The notes beneath the pieces were generated by a model, which saw only the letters and a program-made list of their open reading frames with translations, was not told the origin of the DNA and made no database searches. From an uncultured Gammaproteobacteria bacterium (GTDB taxonomy: Bacteria > Patescibacteriota > Microgenomatia > Levybacterales > UBA12049), in contig CAYIOB010000001.1 of NCBI GenBank assembly GCA_964364925.1, positions 1 through 34,487 of the forward strand: a stretch of DNA of 34,487 nucleotides. Reading direction: 5' to 3'. Shown piece by piece: positions 30,514 to 34,487 of this stretch. Made by a program: the position numbers and the translations under genes. Within the stretch, counting starts at the first letter, position 1, and every line of letters begins with the position of its first letter.

Positions 30514-32487
30514 TTAATTAGGGGTGCATTTAAGAACGCACATTTGAATTGAGCTTTTTCCAGAGTTACAGCTGGCTGGATCAAAAACGCAGTTATAGGT
30601 TGGGGCGGAGGTTGGTGTTGGCGTTGGCGACGCGGCAGGCGTTGGAGTTGCCGACGCGCTTGGGATAGGTGTTGGCGTTGGCGAAGGGTTTGTGCCTGTT
30701 ATAGCAATTATGGCCGGGTTAGCAGAAGACAAAACATTTTGATTAAAATAATCCGTAGAGGCTACGGAAAGAGCTTGAGATTGTTGGAGATTTACGCTAA
30801 CCTGTGTTGTTCCGGGATTGGTTGGGGCGATTGCCTGAAAAGTTACTGTTGCTATCTTTGCCGAAGTCCGAATTACATTTTGCAGACTTCCCCCGACAGA
30901 AAGAGTAACCGAAATTGTTCCAGAACCATAAATCGGTCCTTGTAAAACAAGCGGAAAAGCAAGTGCGTTTGGACAAAACGCATCTGTAGGTTTTTCAGGG
31001 CAAATTGCCGGGCCGGCGGGCAGTATCGAAAGTTTAGTCGGATCGTAATTTATGACTAATTTTGTAAAAGAAACCTCATTTGTTCCCGGATTAAGCATGA
31101 TATCCAAATTCACAGTGTCATTAACGGTGACCGTTTGAGGAGTAGGGTTAAAGTTAATACTTGTGGAAGGGCTAATGTTAACAGCAGCTCCTATTGGACA
31201 AGCTTTGTAATTAGGCAGAATGTTATTTGTTATCCAAGCCTGTTCCGCCTGATCAAATTGATTGGGAGCGCAACCGATGGCGCTCATTATCGTGTCGGAA
31301 GTCCCGCCGCTTATAAGACTTTCTCTCTTTGACTGGCAAGTAAGCGGAAAGGGTGCATATTGTCCCTGATTTGAACATCCTTGGAAAACCCCGGTTGAAC
31401 CTGCACCGGTCCAAAAAGGTTCTCCTTCCGGATTTGTCGAACAGTTACTCAACGGGTCTCCCGGAGCTATCGCCGCATAGTTTGGGTCGCTGCTCACATA
31501 CCTATCCCAAAGATAGCCTACCGCATGTCCCTCCAGCTCATGAGATGCTGCAGCAAAGGGTTTTCCGCCGGTTGGTCCTGGCCCGGAATACACATAATTT
31601 GTGTAAATTATTACGTCTCCGCCAATACCGTTCACAAGCCCGGCAACTCCTCCATCTACGGTTAAAGCATTAGGATTATCAACTAAGACAATAAATTTTT
31701 GCGCATTGGGGAAATATCTTAAACCCGCATTCTTAATGACTCCTGACAAATTATTTATACACGAAGCAATACCCGATGTTGCGCAGCCAAAATCTTGCCG
31801 AGCGTCAACTTCCTTAAAATCAAAAATACTGGGGCTTGTATTGTAAGGAGCTGTTGTATTGTATAGATTCTTAAGATATGAAACATCATTTTTGAACTGA
31901 TCTGTGTTTGCGTAATTGTCGTTTATAAAAACCGTGGTAATAGGTCCGCAGGAAACACTTTGCTGTGCCGCCTGCGCACTTTCGATAAAACCTGCAGCAG
32001 TAGGTTTTGGAAGATTTAGCTGCAAAACAGCATTATTGTTTTTTAATATGGTTATTTTTGAGGCGTCTTTTTGATAGGGAACAAAAATAACGCTTTTAAT
32101 ATCGGTTGAGAGGAATAAAGGACTGTCCGGAGCGCTCAGAAAAAGAGAATACAGTATTTTTTCGGTAATATGTACTTTTTCCGCAAAAATAACATTTCCA
32201 TTTTTACCTAAAACTTCTAACTTATAAGGTGAATACAAAGCCTTCCTTTGATCGGGAACGGTCTTCCTGTTTATAACTGTTAATTTTTCAAGAGACAATT
32301 TTTTTGCATCGTTATTGTAAGTTAATTCTATCTGCCAAGTTTTATCAAGCTCCTGCGGGACTTTACTGCTTTTAATTATTAAAAAGACTGTTGATAAAAA
32401 AAGAGCGATAATCAATAACCCTGCTAAAAGAAAAGTCTTTTTTCTGAAAAGACTTGCAAATTTTACTTTTATCTCCTGAAGATTCAT
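30514..32487 (-). CDS. secreted/anchored protein: signal anchor, M64-like metallopeptidase-like region with atypical HELEGH, cohesin-like domain, Pro/Thr linker and a Cys-rich tail
   Basis: The N-terminal TM is FLLAGLLIIALFLSTVFLII. TVFINDNY...FIVLVDNPN...SHELEGHAVGYLWDRY resembles M64 blocks. Further on are VNLDIMLNPGTNEVSFTKLVINYDPTKL and PSPTPTPIPSASATPTPAASPTPTPT. The ATG overlaps the upstream stop (ATGA). Confidence 0.7.
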   Translation of the reverse strand: MNLQEIKVKFASLFRKKTFLLAGLLIIALFLSTVFLIIKSSKVPQELDKTWQIELTYNNDAKKLSLEKLTVINRKTVPDQRKALYSPYKLEVLGKNGNVIFAEKVHITEKILYSLFLSAPDSPLFLSTDIKSVIFVPYQKDASKITILKNNNAVLQLNLPKPTAAGFIESAQAAQQSVSCGPITTVFINDNYANTDQFKNDVSYLKNLYNTTAPYNTSPSIFDFKEVDARQDFGCATSGIASCINNLSGVIKNAGLRYFPNAQKFIVLVDNPNALTVDGGVAGLVNGIGGDVIIYTNYVYSGPGPTGGKPFAAASHELEGHAVGYLWDRYVSSDPNYAAIAPGDPLSNCSTNPEGEPFWTGAGSTGVFQGCSNQGQYAPFPLTCQSKRESLISGGTSDTIMSAIGCAPNQFDQAEQAWITNNILPNYKACPIGAAVNISPSTSINFNPTPQTVTVNDTVNLDIMLNPGTNEVSFTKLVINYDPTKLSILPAGPAICPEKPTDAFCPNALAFPLVLQGPIYGSGTISVTLSVGGSLQNVIRTSAKIATVTFQAIAPTNPGTTQVSVNLQQSQALSVASTDYFNQNVLSSANPAIIAITGTNPSPTPTPIPSASATPTPAASPTPTPTSAPTYNCVFDPASCNSGKSSIQMCVLKCTPN

Positions 32488-34487
32488 ATCAACGTGCCGG
32501 AACCCGGTGCATTAGACTGCATTTGTGTTGCCTGGGTGCCGTCCGTAGCTTGGCCAATATCTTGATTCTGAGTAGGATTTTGTCCTATTACAGGATTTAT
32601 TCCGTTTGAAGAATTATCTAAGTTTTGGCCGTTGGAAACATTATTTTGAGAATTTTGTGTCGCTTGGTTAGGCGGCGCTTTTGCAAAAGTGAACTCATCT
32701 TTTGCAGAATCATAATCAACAAGAATTTTATCTCCCTTTGCAAAGGTTTTATTGATAATTAAAACGGCAATTGGGTTTTCAATTCCGGTTTGAATAAGTC
32801 TTCGCAAAGGCCTTGCTCCGTACTGGGGATCGTAGCCTTCTTTTGCAAGCTGAGCTAAACCTTCTTCTGTAATCTCTGAATCAATTTCCTGAGCAAGAAG
32901 TAACTTTTTGGTTGCCTCGATTCCTAATTTTGCAACCGCCATCATATCTTTTTGAGCAAGAGGTTCAAAAATTACAACTCCGTCAAAACGGTTTAAAAGC
33001 TCCGGTTTAAAGAATTTTCTTAGTTCTAAAACCAAAATCTTTGACAAATCTTCAAATTTCTTTTTTTCCAACTCTTCGTTTTTAACGCCTGTTTTTTGTT
33101 CTTCCAACAGGTTTTCCGAAAGCTGCTGGGAAATTAAAGCGCTTCCGATATTTGAAGTCGCTATTACAATTGTATTTTTAAATGAAATTGTATTGCCTTT
33201 GTTATCGGTAAGCCTTCCGTCTTCAAGAAGCTGAAGTAAAATATTAAAAACGTCAGGATGCGCTTTTTCTATCTCATCCAAAAGAACGATTGAGTAAGGC
33301 TTTATTCTGACTGCTTCCGTTAGCTGTCCTCCTTCTTCATACCCGACATAGCCGGGAGGCGCGCCGATTAGTTTTGCAACCTCATGTTTTTCCATATATT
33401 CACTCATATCAAGCCTGACCATTGCTTCTTCTTTACCAAAAAGTATCGAGGCAAGGGTTTTTGCAAGCTCGGTTTTTCCAACGCCCGTAGGGCCTAGGAA
33501 AATAAACGAAGCAATGGGCCTATTGGCATTAGACAAACCTATTCGTCCACGTCTGACAGCTTGCGCAACGGTTGAAACCGCAGCTTCCTGGCCAATAAGT
33601 CTTTTGTGAATAAAATCTTCCAAATGTAAGAGTTTTTCACTTTCATTTTCGGTTAATTTGGTTATTGGAATTCCGGTCCAGCTTGAAACAACTTTTTGTA
33701 TATCTTCTTCTCTTATTTGATTATCTTGTCTTTTGCCTTCATTTTGCTCCAAACGAACTTGGGCCGCGGCCTCATCTAATAAATCTACCGCTTTATCCGG
33801 CAAGTATCTTTCCCCAATGTAACGTTTGGATAATTTTACCGCAGACTCGATAGCTTCGGGTGTTATAACTACTTTGTGGAAATTTTCATATTTGGGCTTA
33901 AGCACGTTAAGCATCCCTATTGCCGCCTCTTCGCTAGGCTCTTCAACAATAACCGGCTGGAATCTTCTTTCAAAAGCTTTATCTTTTTCAAAATGCTTTC
34001 TATATTCCATTGTGGTCGTTGTACCTATTAGCTGAAGCTTTCCGCGGGCCAAAAACGGTTTAATAATATTTGATGCGTCCAGCGCCCCTTGGGTGTCTCC
34101 TGCTCCTATTAATGTGTGAATCTCATCGATAAAAAGTATTATGTTGCCGGCAACCTGGGTTTCCTTGATTACGCTTCTTAATCTTTCTTCAAATTCACCT
34201 CTGTGCGAAGCTCCCGCAACCATAGAGGATAAATCAAGCTGAATAATTTTTTTCTGTTCGAAATCCTTAGGCGCTTTGCCCGAAGCTAATTCTTCTGCCA
34301 AACCCTCCACAATAGCGGTTTTCCCAACTCCCGCTTCTCCTATGATAATGGGGTTGTTTTTTGTTCTTCGCAAAAGAATGTGAATTACCCTTTCAACCTC
34401 CTTATCTCGTCCAAAAATCGGATCCAATTCTCCGTTTTTTGCTTGTTCTGTTAAATCAATTCCATACTCTTCGAGCGCTGATTTTTT
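32484..34487 (-). CDS. ClpB/ClpA-family double AAA+ chaperone lacking the M-domain, with a Gln/Asn-rich C-terminal tail (5' end beyond the window)
   Basis: The frame stays open to the window edge ([34 protein letters not shown]); the track M at 34427 is an internal TTG. D1 has [15 protein letters not shown] and ILFIDEIH. D2 has [15 protein letters not shown] and [9 protein letters not shown]. I see no IGF/IGL ClpP loop. Confidence 0.9.
   Translation of the reverse strand, partial: [667 protein letters not shown]

Noticed and set aside
30560-30700. GC-rich repeats as an independent repeat element
   Set aside because: They encode the Pro/Thr linker (PTPTP...) of the 657-aa protein. The repetition is explained by that low-complexity coding sequence.

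Overview
This is an AT-rich bacterial window with tightly packed genes. The shortened housekeeping proteins (AlaRS 629 aa with no C-terminal domain, IF-2 512 aa with no N-terminal region), an archaeal-type AMP/thymidine phosphorylase, a sortase and very few Shine-Dalgarno sites suggest a Patescibacteria/CPR-like genome; this is inference, not a database result. The window has three parts. (1) Positions 1-5973 are an accessory island. It holds the tail of an Excalibur-domain protein, a compact HNH / kinase-fold / Myb-like operon divergent from a LexA-type repressor, a convergent type II R-M pair, a NYN-domain nuclease and two orphan genes. The island also has shared promoter modules and an orphan consensus promoter with a hairpin (candidate sRNA). 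(2) Positions 6204-27674 are core genes: alaS, an actin-like/TM/extracellular protein coupled to a sortase, an AMP-phosphorylase-like gene, mltG, a ytxH/DUF948-like pair, a rodZ-like gene, ftsK, an orphan, RNase J, a protease-less Lon AAA+ module, pnp, rpsO, a degenerate DHH protein, infB, nusA and a Nudix gene. (3) Positions 27684-34487 are a minus-strand cluster: a ClpB-like AAA+ without M-domain, a secreted M64-like/cohesin-like protein, a small membrane protein, and a membrane-anchored Clp paralog with a dead first ATPase domain. Three features recur across the window: -10 boxes 6-9 nt from start codons (leaderless-type), a CCCCGATT-N-AATCGGGG palindrome family found in both CDS and intergenic DNA, and a GC-rich CCTTCGAC...TCGCTCAGG motif inserted in-frame in alaS. 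I found no rRNA, tRNA, CRISPR array, integrase or transposase.
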